A stretch of DNA of 63,686 bases, filler included, from Octopus bimaculoides (lineage: Eukaryota): NCBI RefSeq assembly GCF_001194135.2. It is 7 parts of 7 records of this genome, joined end to end, with 100 filler letters (N's around TTAATTAATTAA, not from the genome) between each part and the next. Parts side by side here need not be neighbours in the genome. Positions count along the whole stretch, not along the records: positions 29,874 to 51,977 come from NC_069001.1; 6 more parts are not named here. One strand, given 5' to 3'. Position 1 is the stretch's first letter; each line of letters opens with the position of its first letter. The translations under genes and the position numbers were made by a program. The notes below the pieces were generated by a model. The model did not search any database, was not told where the DNA came from, and saw nothing but the letters and a program-made list of their open reading frames with translations. Below are positions 37,622 through 50,611 of the stretch, in pieces.

Positions 37622-37800
37622 TGAGCTGGCAGAATTGTTAGCGTTCCAGTCAAACTTATTTCCTTTTCTACTGGATTTATGTTCTGAGATCAAATCCCAC
37701 TGAAGTTGACAATTTCTTTTGGTATGAGGGGGCAAGAAAATAGGTACCAGGAAAGTACTGGGATCAATCTAATCAGCTTGCTCTTCCCTTAAAAGTTGCT
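37622..37800 (+). mobile_element. SINE family A, diverged
   Basis: GAGCTGGCAGAA A-box-like head; GATCAAATCCC B-box-like motif. Confidence 0.65.
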
Positions 37801-38402
37801 AATTATGTTTCAAAATTGAAAAAAAGAATTTTTCGTTATACTGGTTTTAAATTATTCCGCTTTATTTCTGGAGGTAGAATTAGCTTTCATCCTTTTGATA
37901 TTTATTTGTGAAGTGCCTAGTCATATTTTCTGTGTTGATATAAGCAATATAGCCATGTCATCAAAATCTGAGTCTTTGAAGTTCTGTTGCAACTAAAGAT
38001 TTCTTCACAATTATGTTTTGTGGAAACAAGGCAGGGGCGACAGAGGAGCAGAGAAATCTGTAAAGAATAGAAACGTGAGTAGTTCAGTGGATGTGTGAAC
38101 GATTGATAAGAAAGGAGCAGACAAAAGTTGGGTTTTTGAGAATAAGGAGAAAAAACCCAATACTACATGTGTGGAAAAATGGGATGGAGTAGTATCGCTG
38201 AGTCATTTGATGAAGAAAAGTGACAAAGAGTATGGAAAGATATAGGGAGACACAGAGAAAGACTTGGCTAATTATGATAGAGGGGGAATGAATGCATAAG
38301 AATAATGTAGAGGTTTAGGCAAAACAAGACAAGGGATAACGTCTCCCATAGTGCTAACCACTGCTTTAGCATTGAAAATGGCCTTAGTTTTAGCTGTGTC
38401 GT

Positions 38403-38705
38403 GAAGGTGCGTGGCTTAATTGTTAGGTTATTTGGCTCACAATCATTATGCCATGAGTTCAGTTCTTGATGGTGTGTTGTGTTCTTGAGCCAGATACTTC
38501 CACTCATGTCTACTCAGCTGGAAAAAATAAGTTGTACCTGTAATTGAAAGGGCTAGCCTTGTCACGCTCTGTCTCATGCTGAATCATCTGAGAACTAAGT
38601 TAAGGGTACACGTGCCTTTGGACGGCTCTGCCACTTGCAAATGGACTTCATGAGCAGGCTGTTTTATTCATCAGATCAACTAGAATACTTGTCATCATCA
38701 TCACA
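38403..38705 (+). mobile_element. tRNA-derived SINE (family B: GCGTGGCTTA.TGGTTAG head, TGTGT.CTTGAGC.AGA.AC central motif)
   Basis: A-box and B-box-like head; second copy at 48689. Confidence 0.7.
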
Positions 38706-39248
38706 AACATAATGCCGCAACTGTGATATATGTAGCTCCCGTTCCTTTCTTACTTTATTGTAAATAGTCTCTTATGAAGCAGGAAAGCTAATTTTTCAGC
38801 TGTGCAGACAAAAGTAAAGATGGAATGGTCAAACGTGGATGGTTACACATGAAAAAGCAGTAACCATACCTCCCTCATGTCAGGGAAAATATACTTTTAC
38901 GTAGACCTACATACACCTGAAAAGATGGAATGACCGTAGCTTGAAAGAATCTGATCCAAATTTTTTGATCTTACAGGGTTTTAAAATATTTAACCATATT
39001 CTTCAAATGCAGGATTTAACTGTTATGACTTCTGATTTAATTGTTATGACAAGTATGTTCTTGTTGCTATTATATAAAAATTTCAACTGATTTTGGTAAA
39101 ATCTCAACAAATATATTCTCACAGGAAAAAGTTCTCACGTAGAGAAACCATCCAAATTTTTGAAGTGTCTTTGCTTGCATACTTATAGACATTGTGTGTA
39201 TGAAATCATGCATTTAATGTGTACATGAGAGAGAGGTTNNNNNNNNNN

Positions 39249-39282
<34 letters not shown>

Positions 39283-39505
39283 CGTGTGCATATTATTTTA
39301 TGTTTATGGATAATTTTGTAGGTTTCAATGTGAATTAATCTGCACCCATTTTCTATAAAAATATTTATTAGATTAAATTCCAAACCGTACTTCTCATCTG
39401 TTAAACAACTTAAGAAAGGAAGTAATCAAACATACATACGTTTACACACACAAAGAGCAACAAACATAAACAAGAATATATGTGTATATATATATATATA
39501 TAAAA

Positions 39506-39534
39506 CTAGGAATGCATCCCGGCGTTGCCCAGGT
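39506..39534 (-). mobile_element. Helitron 3' terminus
   Basis: Minus strand reads ACCTGGGCAACGCCGGG-ATGCATTC-CTAG|T: a GC-rich subterminal palindrome, CTAG end and T target base. Confidence 0.65.
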
Positions 39535-39649
39535 GTTATGACTTACAGCCACATTGTATTATTTGCTCATTTGTTATGGGCAGAATCGGCACACGAGGAG
39601 TGTGAAGCAAATGACTCTTCATTATAAACATGATTTTCGGTAATTTTCT

Positions 39650-39786
39650 GATGAATGACGCTGCAGTTTCCGTCAACCAAATTCAGTCACATGTCTATGG
39701 TTGACGGAAAGCTATAGCAGAAAGCACTATACGATGCAGAGGGACTGAACGTGGAACCATGTGGTTTGGAAGCAAACTTCTCAAAC
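39650..39786 (-). mobile_element. SINE family C fragment
   Basis: CAGTTTCCGTC..GGGACTGAAC.TGGAACCATGTGGTT.GGAAGCAAACTTC. Confidence 0.7.
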
Positions 39787-41491
39787 ACATTTATTCTTTC
39801 CCTCAATATCTGTGTGTGTGCGTGTGTGTTTACTTTTGTTTTTAAATCTAGTGTTGTGACCTACTATGTCTCAAAGTTCATCAAGCAGAGATCTATAAAA
39901 CAGATGCCAGATTGAAATACGCCCTGAGGACAGTATAACCAATTATATTTTAGAAGGTGATACGCCATCATGGTGACAGTCGAAAGACGGAACCCAGTAA
40001 AATAATATTTAAAGTCTTATTGACTTTAAATTTAATGTAATGGATTACTAACCACAAGATGAGTTCAAAACTTCGTATCGAACTTCCACTCTATACGATA
40101 ACGCTGTATGTACAAAGCAGTGGACTTGACTTCCAACAATTAGCAATTGTAATTTAAAGTTGAATGGTTAGCAGTCAGAAAGATGTTCAGATTTCTTAAA
40201 AAATTACTGTGAAAAACATACTGAGAAAAAGTATTTTTGACCAAAGCAAAACACAGAGAAAAANNNNNNNNNNNNNNNNNNNNNNNNNNNNNNNNNNNNN
40301 NNNNNNNNNNNNNNNNNNNNNNNNNNNNNNNNNNNNNNNNNNNNNNNNNNNNNNNNNNNNNNNNNNNNNNNNNNNNNNNNNNNNNNNNNNNNNNNNNNNN
40401 NNNNNNNNNNNNNNNNNNNNNNNNNNNNNNNNNNNNNNNNNNNNNNNNNNNNNNNNNNNNNNNNNNNNNNNNNNNNNNNNNNNNNNNNNNNNNNNNNNNN
40501 NNNNNNNNNNNNNNNNNNNNNNNNNNNNNNNNNNNNNNNNNNNNNNNNNNNNNNNNNNNNNNNNNNNNNNNNNNNNNNNNNNNNNNNNNNNNNNNNNNNN
40601 NNNNNNNNNNNNNNNNNNNNNNNNNNNNNNNNNNNNNNNNNNNNNNNNNNNNNNNNNNNNNNNNNNNNNNNNNNNNNNNNNNNNNNNNNNNNNNNNNNNN
40701 NNNNNNNNNNNNNNNNNNNNNNNNNNNNNNNNNNNNNNNNNNNNNNNNNNNNNNNNNNNNNNNNNNNNNNNNNNNNNNNNNNNNNNNNNNNNNNNNNNNN
40801 NNNNNNNNNNNNNNNNNNNNNNNNNNNNNNNNNNNNNNNNNNNNNNNNNNNNNNNNNNNNNNNNNNNNNNNNNNNNNNNNNNNNNNNNNNNNNNNNNNNN
40901 NNNNNNNNNNNNNNNNNNNNNNNNNNNNNNNNNNNNNNNNNNNNNNNNNNNNNNNNNNNNNNNNNNNNNNNNNNNNNNNNNNNNNNNNNNNNNNNNNNNN
41001 NNNNNNNNNNNNNNNNNNNNNNNNNNNNNNNNNNNNNNNNNNNNNNNNNNNNNNNNNNNNNNNNNNNNNNNNNNNNNNNNNNNNNNNNNNNNNNNNNNNN
41101 NNNNNNNNNNNNNNNNNNNNNNNNNNNNNNNNNNNNNNNNNNNNNNNNNNNNNNNNNNNNNNNNNNNNNNNNNNNTATATATATACGTATATATATGTAT
41201 ATATTATTTCTTGAGGAGTATATACAGCATACAATATCTAGTGGTATGAGAGGTTACTACATTTATTTTACAACTTGTCATCCTTAGGATTACGGCTGCT
41301 TTCCAGCCCTCTTCATGTAATGATAATTTCAGTGTATGCTATATTATGTTCACGTATCTGCACTAACATGCATGCTACACATTATACAATACAAATGCGT
41401 ATTCACAAATCAATGAAGACAAAGAAAGTTAGCTTATTAGATCAGATCATTGTGGTTATATGAACGATTCAACTCAAAGTACGCAAAAATG

Positions 41492-41771
41492 TTCTCTTTG
41501 TGTGTACAATGTATTGAAGACCCGAATTATATAAACTTAACTTGCTATGGTCAGTAAAAATAAATATATGTTGTTTCATATCAATTAAAGTGCTAGATCT
41601 AAGTCCAGAGAATTGATTATTTTTTATTGCTAACACTAACGATTGTTAATTCCATTAACTTAGATCTCGCATGGTAACTGATATAAAACAAGCAAATCTT
41701 TATTTTTACTGACCATTCTAAGCTTATTTTATCTAGTCTTGCTCTCCAATACATTGTATATTCAAAGAGAA
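41492..41771. mobile_element. Diverged foldback/MITE-like inverted repeat (arms 41492-41604 and 41658-41771)
   Basis: TTCTCTTTG..TACAATGTATTG..ATGGTCAGTAAAAATAAA..AGATCTAAGT is mirrored. Confidence 0.75.
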
Positions 41772-42149
41772 AATGTTGTATGCATACTTAGATTTGAAGC
41801 ATTGGTGTAACCATGAAGCTCTGGTGATATGAAAAACTAGCTTTCTTTGTCTGAGTTGATTTGTGAACATAAAGTTGTATTGAATAATGCATAGCATGTA
41901 TATTAGCGTTGATATGTAAACATAATTTACTATACGCTGATATTATTATTATGTGAAGAAGACTGTGAAATGGTCATAATCCTAAGGAAGACAAATGGTT
42001 AAATAAATATATTCATCTCCATAAATCCTGAGTATTTTTATAGTGTATGTGCGTGTATGTATATCTATCTCTATCTATTTATTTAACTCTCTCTATATAC
42101 ATATATACATAAATATATTCCTGGATATATATATAAGAAATAATTGAGA

Positions 42150-44520
42150 TTCAGTTGAATTAGGTACTTTAGTTGAAGCACCAAGTTAGTGCGGCATTAT
42201 CCGTACAACTCAAAGTAAGGTGAATAAAATCAAAATATGACAATTTTAGATAAAAACTTTCCTGTTTCTCATAGATACAACAGAATTTTTTTTCCCGGAA
42301 GACAGTTAAAATCTCATACTCTACTCTCCCTAATATGGGTACAATCATAGCGAGGTTAAATAGAAAGAATATTATATTAGCAAGATGTAATAACAATAAT
42401 AATGCTAATGTCAGCACTAACTTAAACCTCTAAATGTGAATAATAATATTAATGGTGTCGTAGAAAATAGAAACAGCGTTACTAATATACTTCTAATATA
42501 TACAATATAGACTAAAGCTCCGAGGTCTATACTAGCACAGGGCTTACTGATACATCTGATGATGCTGGGAGGAATGTGAATGATTCTACAATTAAAGGAT
42601 GGAGAGATAATACCGGATATGAAAATAACACATACAAAAGTAGTAGTAGGATTAATATTAATAGTAATATTAATAATAATAATGGTATGAATATGAATAA
42701 TATTAATAGTGGTAATTCTCCTAGTTGCAATTGTAGGGTTAAATCCAACTGTCCGTTATTAGGCCGATGTCTAACCCAAAAGGTAATCTATAAGTGTACT
42801 ATCACAACTGCAGCTGGTAACTTTGTATATATAGGTTGTCCAATAAATATGAAAAAACGTATTAATAACCACTTTCCATCTTTTAGGCCCAAACATAAGG
42901 CCAATTGTACGTCCTTATCTAGAAAGATTTGGGAACTGAAGGAAAGCGGATTCGAATTTAGATTTAAATGGGATATTATAAGGAAAGCGCAGCCATTATA
43001 GAGATAGTCGGTACGGGTGAGAGCTGTAGTCTATGGAAACTTATGAACTCATAGGGACAAGAGCAACCTTGTTAATAATAGATTACACCGAAGGGTATCA
43101 TGCGTACATAGTGTCACCCGTACATTTAGATATTTTCGAAATTAGAATTTATAGGTGCTGCACTTGAACCTAGACAGGAGAAATTAATTTTAGCGTCGTA
43201 CATGATGTGAACTTATCCGCTAGTATTATATATAATAATTCATATATATTTTCTTACTATTCTCTATAATTTCTCATTATTGTGTTTTCTTATCTTGATA
43301 TCATTACCTATTAACCTCTTATCTCTTATAAATTATTAATGTTCTTAAAGAGAAATATAAGCTTTCTAGTTACTTAAGTCTAGAAGAGTTGATTATAACA
43401 TACCCATAATAAAGTACAAATATTTGTGTATATTTGCATGTGTGCACATAGTTAAATATGTGTATGTATCTGTGCACAACTTATTTTCCCGATCTTTTTC
43501 TGATTCTTAGCTTATAACTATTATAAAGATAGTATGATTTATCCTCCTAGTAATCCATAAGTAAATACCCTCAGCAATCTTTATAGAAACCACCTTAAGT
43601 AAATAATTAAGTACTGGTATGAATATTAAACTAATTCTATTAATCTTGCCTTTCTAATGTTGAAGATTGGTATATATGCACAGTTTATCTATTCTGGTTA
43701 TAATATCATTTTTAGTAATCTTAAATTTTATCTTCATACAACATAACAATATTGTTTATATACAATCATCCATTGTACCCTATGATAATTTCCTCTGTAT
43801 CTACGTCATAGATTTTATTAGCGTCTTGCCCCTTTAACTGGTAATTAACATCTTGATTTAAGGTTTTCTCCTACCCAGCCTCCTTTATAGACAATTACTT
43901 ATACATTTCCTAAAATCCTGACAATATTTATGACCATACCCAACTACAAACTGTCAACTCACCTCTCTATCCTAAACAGACACTGTCCTCTAGCCTTAGA
44001 TTTGGTAGTTGATAAAAACGACTAATAAATTAAAAGTGAGCCACAATCATTTACACCCTATTACCCTAACAAACTTCATACAGTTCTTGGAAATGTAGTA
44101 TATCCTGAGTCACAGTAGCAACATGGACTTTCTCCCTCTTCTTGCTATATTAGAGAACTTGAGTAAAATTATATTAATGTGATCAACTAATTAAAAAATT
44201 CTATTTATTTATGCAGCATTTAAATTGAGATGATTGCACTGTTCAATTAAATGGAGTCGCATGAAACGATCGTACTGCATTACTTTTAGATATCTGTGTT
44301 GCTTATTTTGATTATATTCATACATATATGAATACAAAGACTCATATTCACGTATACATGCTTGTATATGTCCTTGTGTGTGTATGTTTATGCATACACA
44401 AACGAAAGTGGTTAAGAAGTTTACTCCACAAATATGAGTTTCGCATTTGATCTCATTTGTAGCAGCTGAATAAATATACGTTTGTTATAGGCTATGCTAT
44501 TGTCTACAAAACTTTTGTAN
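42150..44520 (+). mobile_element. Penelope-like element 3' half (GIY-YIG endonuclease plus AT-rich 3' region with a hammerhead relic)
   Basis: ILDKNFP.SHRYNRIF..KTVKISYSTLPNM..; CNCRVKSNCPLLGRCLTQKVIYKC..YIG..KKRINNHF.SF..TSLSRKIWELK..KWDII. The 3' boundary is uncertain. Confidence 0.8.
44211..44280 (+). ncRNA. Hammerhead relic with the CUGANGA core deleted (homolog of 28787-28872)
   Basis: ATGCAG|CATTTAAATTGA..TCAATTAAATG..GCAT GAAA CGATCG TA CTGCAT. Confidence 0.7.
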
Positions 44521-45316
44521 NNNNNNNNNNNNNNNNNNNNNNNNNNNNNNNNNNNNNNNNNNNNNNNNNNNNNNNNNNNNNNNNNNNNNNNNNNNNNNNN
44601 NNNNNNNNNNNNNNNNNNNNNNNNNNNNNNNNNNNNNNNNNNNNNNNNNNNNNNNNNNNNNNNNNNNNNNNNNNNNNNNNNNNNNNNNNNNNNNNNNNNN
44701 NNNNNNNNNNNNNNNNNNNNNNNNNNNNNNNNNNNNNNNNNNNNNNNNNNNNNNNNNNNNNNNNNNNNNNNNNNNNNNNNNNNNNNNNNNNNNNNNNNNN
44801 NNNNNNNNNNNNNNNNNNNNNNNNNNNNNNNNNNNNNNNNNNNNNNNNNNNNNNNNNNNNNNNNNNNNNNNNNNNNNNNNNNNNNNNNNNNNNNNNNNNN
44901 NNNNNNNNNNNNNNNNNNNNNNNNNNNNNNNNNNNNNNNNNNNNNNNNNNNNNNNNNNNNNNNNNNNNNNNNNNNNNCACATATATATATTATTCATACA
45001 TTTCTTTACATTTTATATTTGATGTAATGTTTACATTGCTCAATTAAATGGAGTCGCATGAAACGATCGTACTGCATTACTTTTAGATATCTGTGTTGCT
45101 TATTTTGATTATATTCATACATATATGAATACAAAGACTCATATTCACGTATACATGCTTGTATATGTCCTTGTGTGTGTATGTTTATGCATACACAAAC
45201 GAAAGTGGTTAAGAAGTTTACTCCACAAATATGAGTTTCGCATTTGATCTCATTTGTAGCAGCTGAATAAATATACGTTTGTTATAGGCTATGCTATTGT
45301 CTACAAAACTTTTGTA
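44243..45316 (+). repeat. Apparently identical 277-bp direct duplication (44243-44519 and 45040-45316) flanking an N gap
   Basis: Direct comparison by eye. Confidence 0.9.
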
Positions 45317-46078
45317 AACGAAAATTGTGTAGAAATCTGTCAGGTAAGCTGTTCTTTTAATTAAAAGCCAAGTCTTGTCACATCTTTTTCTACTCGTACT
45401 TATTTTAATGATCATTATTTGATAAACTGAACACACCATAAGCGAACACATCATAAATAACTTTATGAATCAGTTTGAGCAAATACTAACTTGCATAAAA
45501 ACGTGAAAATCCATTAATCGTGCTTCTATATATAGTTTCGTTTTAATAATGATATGTATGGAAATGATCGTAAAATATAAGTGGAAAGAAAGTAACAAAT
45601 ACAATGTGCATTATAACATGGTATGTTAGAGTACGTCGAAAACTCTTTAAAACTTATGTAGGTTTGACACTTCGATGTATTAGTATATGATTCAGCTCGC
45701 TTCGGAAATGCTACACTGCAAAACTATACTGTCATTTTGTACCAAGATGCACTAAGGAAACATAATTGCTTAGTCAATAGGATTAGTTAGCGTATCTACT
45801 CATCACTATGATACATTGCTGAGGTAGATAAATCAATCGGTTTGTATATGAGGTTGAGGAACAAGTATCAAACGAGATCAGAATGAGAAAATACTTAGTG
45901 CAGAGGAAGTGCATATTTTCTCTCCTTCACTTAAATTGATTTGAAACACGTCATGCAAATTCTGTTGAGTTTTTAAACTGCAAGCACCTTGTATGTTCTC
46001 CCATCCATCTCAACAAATTTACAGTTATTATTGTTCTCCATATGAGAGTGGTGGTGAGGATAAAATAGGTTGAAACTG

Positions 46079-46949
46079 CGAGGTGATATCAAAAGGTCCC
46101 TGGACTAGTTATATTTAATAAAAAAAATAACCTATTTACCCAAGTTTTAATATTATCTCCTTCGAAATAGTCACATTGCGCGGAAATATACCGGTCCCCA
46201 TGTTCCTGCTTGCTTTGGAATCCAGCCTGGAAGTAATTTTCTCTAAGCGAGTCGAGGCCTTTCTGCGAGTCGCTCTGGATTTCAATAACGGAGTCAAAAC
46301 GGTGACCTTTGAGCTGAAGTTTCATCTAGCGGAAGAGATGGAATCTGGCGAATAGAGCGGGTGCAGAAGCGATACCATGTTGTTTCTGGCGAGAAGTTCA
46401 CGAGTAACGAGTGCATGGTGAAGAATCCGATTTTTGGCGCTCCAAAGATCCGGTGGTTTTTGCCGAATGTTCTCCCTCAGACGGTTCAAAGCGTCGCAGT
46501 AGAACTCTCGATAGACATTTTGGCCCCGAGGGACGAATTCTCGACACACAATACCACATTTACTGGGGTGATGTTCATGGTAGGTCTTCCAGATGACTCA
46601 TCGTCTTCCAGGGACATTCTTCTGCGCTTGAAGTAGCTATGTTCATCGTCGTAATTCTGTAAGCTTGCCCAAGCATGCTCAGTGTCTCTGTAGCAGACTT
46701 CCCAAGTTTAACGCAAAAATTTCAATTTGGCTCTTTGTTTCAACTTCTTAACAATTACAAAATCACAGACTACAGTATACTCGTGGTGACAAAAGCGCAG
46801 ATTTCACAACTTGCTATGTAAACAATGTGGTGTCACTCGGCACACTACCTCATGAAAGTCACTGCTAGCTCTCATTGCGAATGCAACCGGGTGCTGCCAT
46901 CTGTTGGCACGCTACACAACTAGTCCGGAAACTTTTGCATACCACCTCG
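46079..46949 (-). mobile_element. Internally deleted mariner with both ~32-bp TIRs
   Basis: TIRs CGAGGTG.TAT.AAAAG...C.GGACTAGTT at 46079-46110 and 46918-46949, with TA after the right end; EDDE.SGRPT fused to GIVCREFVP.GQ.V..EFY..L.RLRE.IR.K.P; HPLYSPD; LKGHRF..YFEGDN. Confidence 0.9.
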
Positions 46950-47859
46950 TATAACTGATTCTTGATACTTCAACTGATGAGAGATTTTCCAAATCTATTT
47001 ATTTTCCATTATGCGTTCTCCTTGTCAATTCACACTCACTTACACATTTATTTCTAGCATACAGAATACCCTTTTAATTCTCATCAACTGTCATTTCCAC
47101 TCACTATAGTGATGCTAAATTTTTTCGACTCTATATTTTTCTTTCCCCCCTGCTCACATTTTCACGCTTCTTTTAACCAGCTTTATATTGCTACTTCTGT
47201 TTTTCATCCTGTTCATATGTCTTTCTTTCCCTCACATTTCTCTTCTTACCGAGTCTTCTCTCGTACCCTGCCGCTCTTCCTCTCATCATGCAATATCTCC
47301 CCTATTTTTATAATGTCTTTTGTCACGTTCAATGTTCCTCACTAACATTCGGATTGTTTCCTGACAAAATTCATCCACCATCTTCCATTGGCACTAGCAT
47401 ACCTTATGCACATTCATGCACATTCGAAAAACAAAATTTTTATTCTCGAACTGTATTATTCAGCATCTATCCGTCTACAATCTTCTTATCGCTTACATGT
47501 TGCTTTCCTACGTCTTTTGAGTCTTCAGAATTTGTTTTTATACTATCTTATATCATAGTGATGTTTACAAGCTGTGCTGCTCGCCAAAAGAGATTTACTT
47601 AGATTATATACAACGAAACTGCATTGAATATGAATACTAAAATCGACCAGACATTTTCCATGTCTATATTTACATTTCCGTTAGCAGTTTTCTATGTGAA
47701 CTTATTTTACTTACACATGTATGTGTGTGTGTGTGTGTGTGTGTGTATGTTTGTGTATGTTTGTGTATGTTTGTATGTGTGTGCGTATGCGCATGTATTT
47801 ATATACGTGTGTGCATGTGTGTATGTGTCTGTATGTGTGTGCGTGTGTATTATATGCAT

Positions 47860-48248
47860 AGGTGTGGATACGCGGCAAAAAGCTTGCTTCCCAACCACAT
47901 AGTTCTAGGTTAAGTCCCACTGTGTGGCGCGTTGGGTATGCGTGTTCTACTTCAGCTTCGGGGGCAAAAAAATTTTTGAGATAGTTTCATAGACGGAAGC
48001 TAAAAGAAGCTCATCGTATGTGTGTGTGTGTGTCTTTATCTCCCCCTCCTCACCTCATGACAACTGGTGTTGATGTGTTTACGTCCTTGTTACTTAGCAG
48101 TTCGGCAAAAAAAAGGACACCAGTAGAGTAAGTACCAGTAGAGTAAGTACCAGTAGAGTAAGTACTAGGAACGATTGTTGTGACAAAATTCCTACAAGGT
48201 GTTGCCTCCGCATGGCCACAATTCAGTTACTGACAAAACTAAAAGAAT
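47860..48248 (+). mobile_element. SINE family C, near full length, containing a 15-bp x3 tandem expansion (48120-48164)
   Basis: AAGCTTGCTTCCCAACCACATAGTTCTAGGTTAAGTCCC head; (CCAGTAGAGTAAGTA)3. Confidence 0.8.
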
Positions 48249-48259
48249 ATATGTATGTA

Positions 48260-48355
<96 letters not shown>

Positions 48356-48688
48356 NNNNNNNNNNNNNNNNNNNNNNNNNNNNNNNNNNNNNNNNNNNNN
48401 NNNNNNNNNNNNNNNNNNNNNNNNNNNNNNNNNNNNNNNNNNNNNNNNNNNNNNNNNNNNNNNNNNNNNNNNNNNNNNNNNNNNNNNNNNNNNNATATAT
48501 ATACATGTACATATATATGCATATACTCATATATTGTTTATATATATATATATATATATATAGACTTTCCGTATTCCCGAGCGTCATACTAATATATACT
48601 TTTGTTATTTACACCACCTGTCCTCGTCTGTTGTTATTTTTTGTATATTCTCCCATATATATATATATATATATACATGCACACATGT

Positions 48689-48840
48689 GGGATACATGGC
48701 CTAGTGGTTAGGCTGTTGCACTTTTTATCGCAATATCATTGTTCTAATTCCTACACCAGATGATGCGTTGAGTAAAACACCTCATCTCACGTTGCTGCCC
48801 GATCACTTCGATGTCTGACGCATGGAAAATGTATCTAGCT
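48689..48840 (+). mobile_element. SINE family B, 5' part
   Basis: CATGGCCTAGTGGTTAGG A-box-like head. Confidence 0.6.
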
Positions 48841-48859
48841 GGGATTGGGTGTTTTTATT

Positions 48860-49290
48860 TGGTAAAAATAGACGAAGATAAGGTTCGACGACGGCTGCTG
48901 TGCTGATTGCTCCTGGTAAGGCAGCAACCTGTGCCAACCGCCTTCCTCTTACCTTTAGACAGACTTATTTTATAATGGCGAGACAATATCGCAGAATTCT
49001 TGACTTTTGATATAACCCCCAGTTCATCATTATACTTGGTACCAATTTAAATTAATCCTTTGACCTGTTGTTCATGAAGATAAGGTAGGAGAGCTGCTAT
49101 GGCAGAAACATGTGCTCACAGCTTTAGTCATTTAGACAATTTTTTCTTTAATGGCATGTCAATAGTGCACAATTCTTGATTGTTGATATTAACTCCTCTT
49201 CACCTTTCTACTAGATACGAACTGCAACCAATCTGCTGGCCTTCTGTCTCTTGAAGTGATGGTAATTTCATTAAACCAAAAGTTTATCTT
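48860..49290 (-). mobile_element. Very degenerate Dong/R4-like 3' fragment
   Basis: ETEG.. and SRILR..L motifs on the minus strand; many stops. Confidence 0.35.
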
Positions 49291-49450
49291 GTACGCCATA
49301 TGATATCCTATTTATTCCTGTTATTATTTCTCTTATCTCATTTTCATTTCATAAATAATCTATTAATCTATCTTTCTATCAATGCATGTATATATATGTG
49401 TGTGTGTGTGTTTGTGTGTGTTTATGTATATACATGTGTATGTATGTATA

Positions 49451-49499
<49 letters not shown>

Positions 49500-49715
49500 G
49501 TATAAATATACCAATATATATACATACATATATTCATGCATGTGCATATACATACATACATACATACACAGAGTGACAGAGAGTGCGTGTGAGGGAGAGA
49601 ATAACAGACATGTCTACACGTATGCATTACATATATCTATGCTTGACACAAACACAGTAAGTGGTAAAGTCTCTTAGAATGTATGGACACAGAATACTAT
49701 GACGGATAATTAATT

Positions 49716-49719
<4 letters not shown>

Positions 49720-49751
<32 letters not shown>
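49720..49751 (+). repeat. Poly(A) tract, 32 nt
   Basis: Direct reading. Confidence 0.9.
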
Positions 49752-49753
<2 letters not shown>

Positions 49754-50611
49754 AGAAAATTATCTGCACACAATTTTATGATTGCATAAATTGGAAACAT
49801 CTGGTGTCAATTATACCATTTTGTTGCAATAGTATTCTGCAGGAAACAAAAATAAAAATATCTGTATATAAGCAAAATGTATAAAATTTAAGCGACGTAA
49901 ACTGGTGTAATAAATGTGTATGGAAGTGCGTTATTCTCTACTTTAATACTAAGTTATCTTTCTGGCAAAAGCATTTGGGAAAAAATATTTTTTCTTTTAC
50001 TTTTTTATCCTACCAAACTAAAAATAATTTAATTACAGCATATTTTGCAGAAATATAGTTTTTTGTGAGATAGAATTTGTCATGGTAGTAAAAAAAAAAA
50101 AAACGGAGACACTCTATTAAAATAAAAAAGAGAAACGACTTACTCCATCACCATCATCATTAATATCATCATCATCATCATCATTGTCCTCGTCGTCATT
50201 GTCATTGCCACCACCATTGGAGTGAGGAAGTTTTGTTCAATCCTATATGTAGATGACATGAAGATATGATATTTCGAGATGTATTTTCTTGAGAAACCAT
50301 TTATTGCTTTAGACAAGATACAATCAAGCTTACCTGCACGTTCTATCAAACACATCAGTCTACTTGTCATTGCTACTGTTGTTGTTGTTGTTGAAGCTGG
50401 TGTTCAACTTCAGATCAGCTTCATTTCGGCAACCCTATGAATAAAAATGTTCTCACCGTCATCATCCAATCATGACACTCATAATTTATCTAATACTAAT
50501 GTGAAACACCAAATACACTTCTTGGTGCCTAATTTTAAATAATTTGATTTCAAAGTCCAAGAGTAGTCTCCCTTGTGTATCATGATAATATTAGTCATCA
50601 AGTTTATTATT

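Noticed and set aside
38403-38470. tRNA genes at SINE heads (also 47860, 48689, 63441)
   Set aside because: Only degenerate A/B boxes followed by SINE bodies; no complete cloverleaf.
47488-47532. Minus-strand CTGAAGA..GAAA..TA
   Set aside because: Helix II is only 2 bp, helix III is not self-complementary and helix I is 2 bp; compatible with chance.
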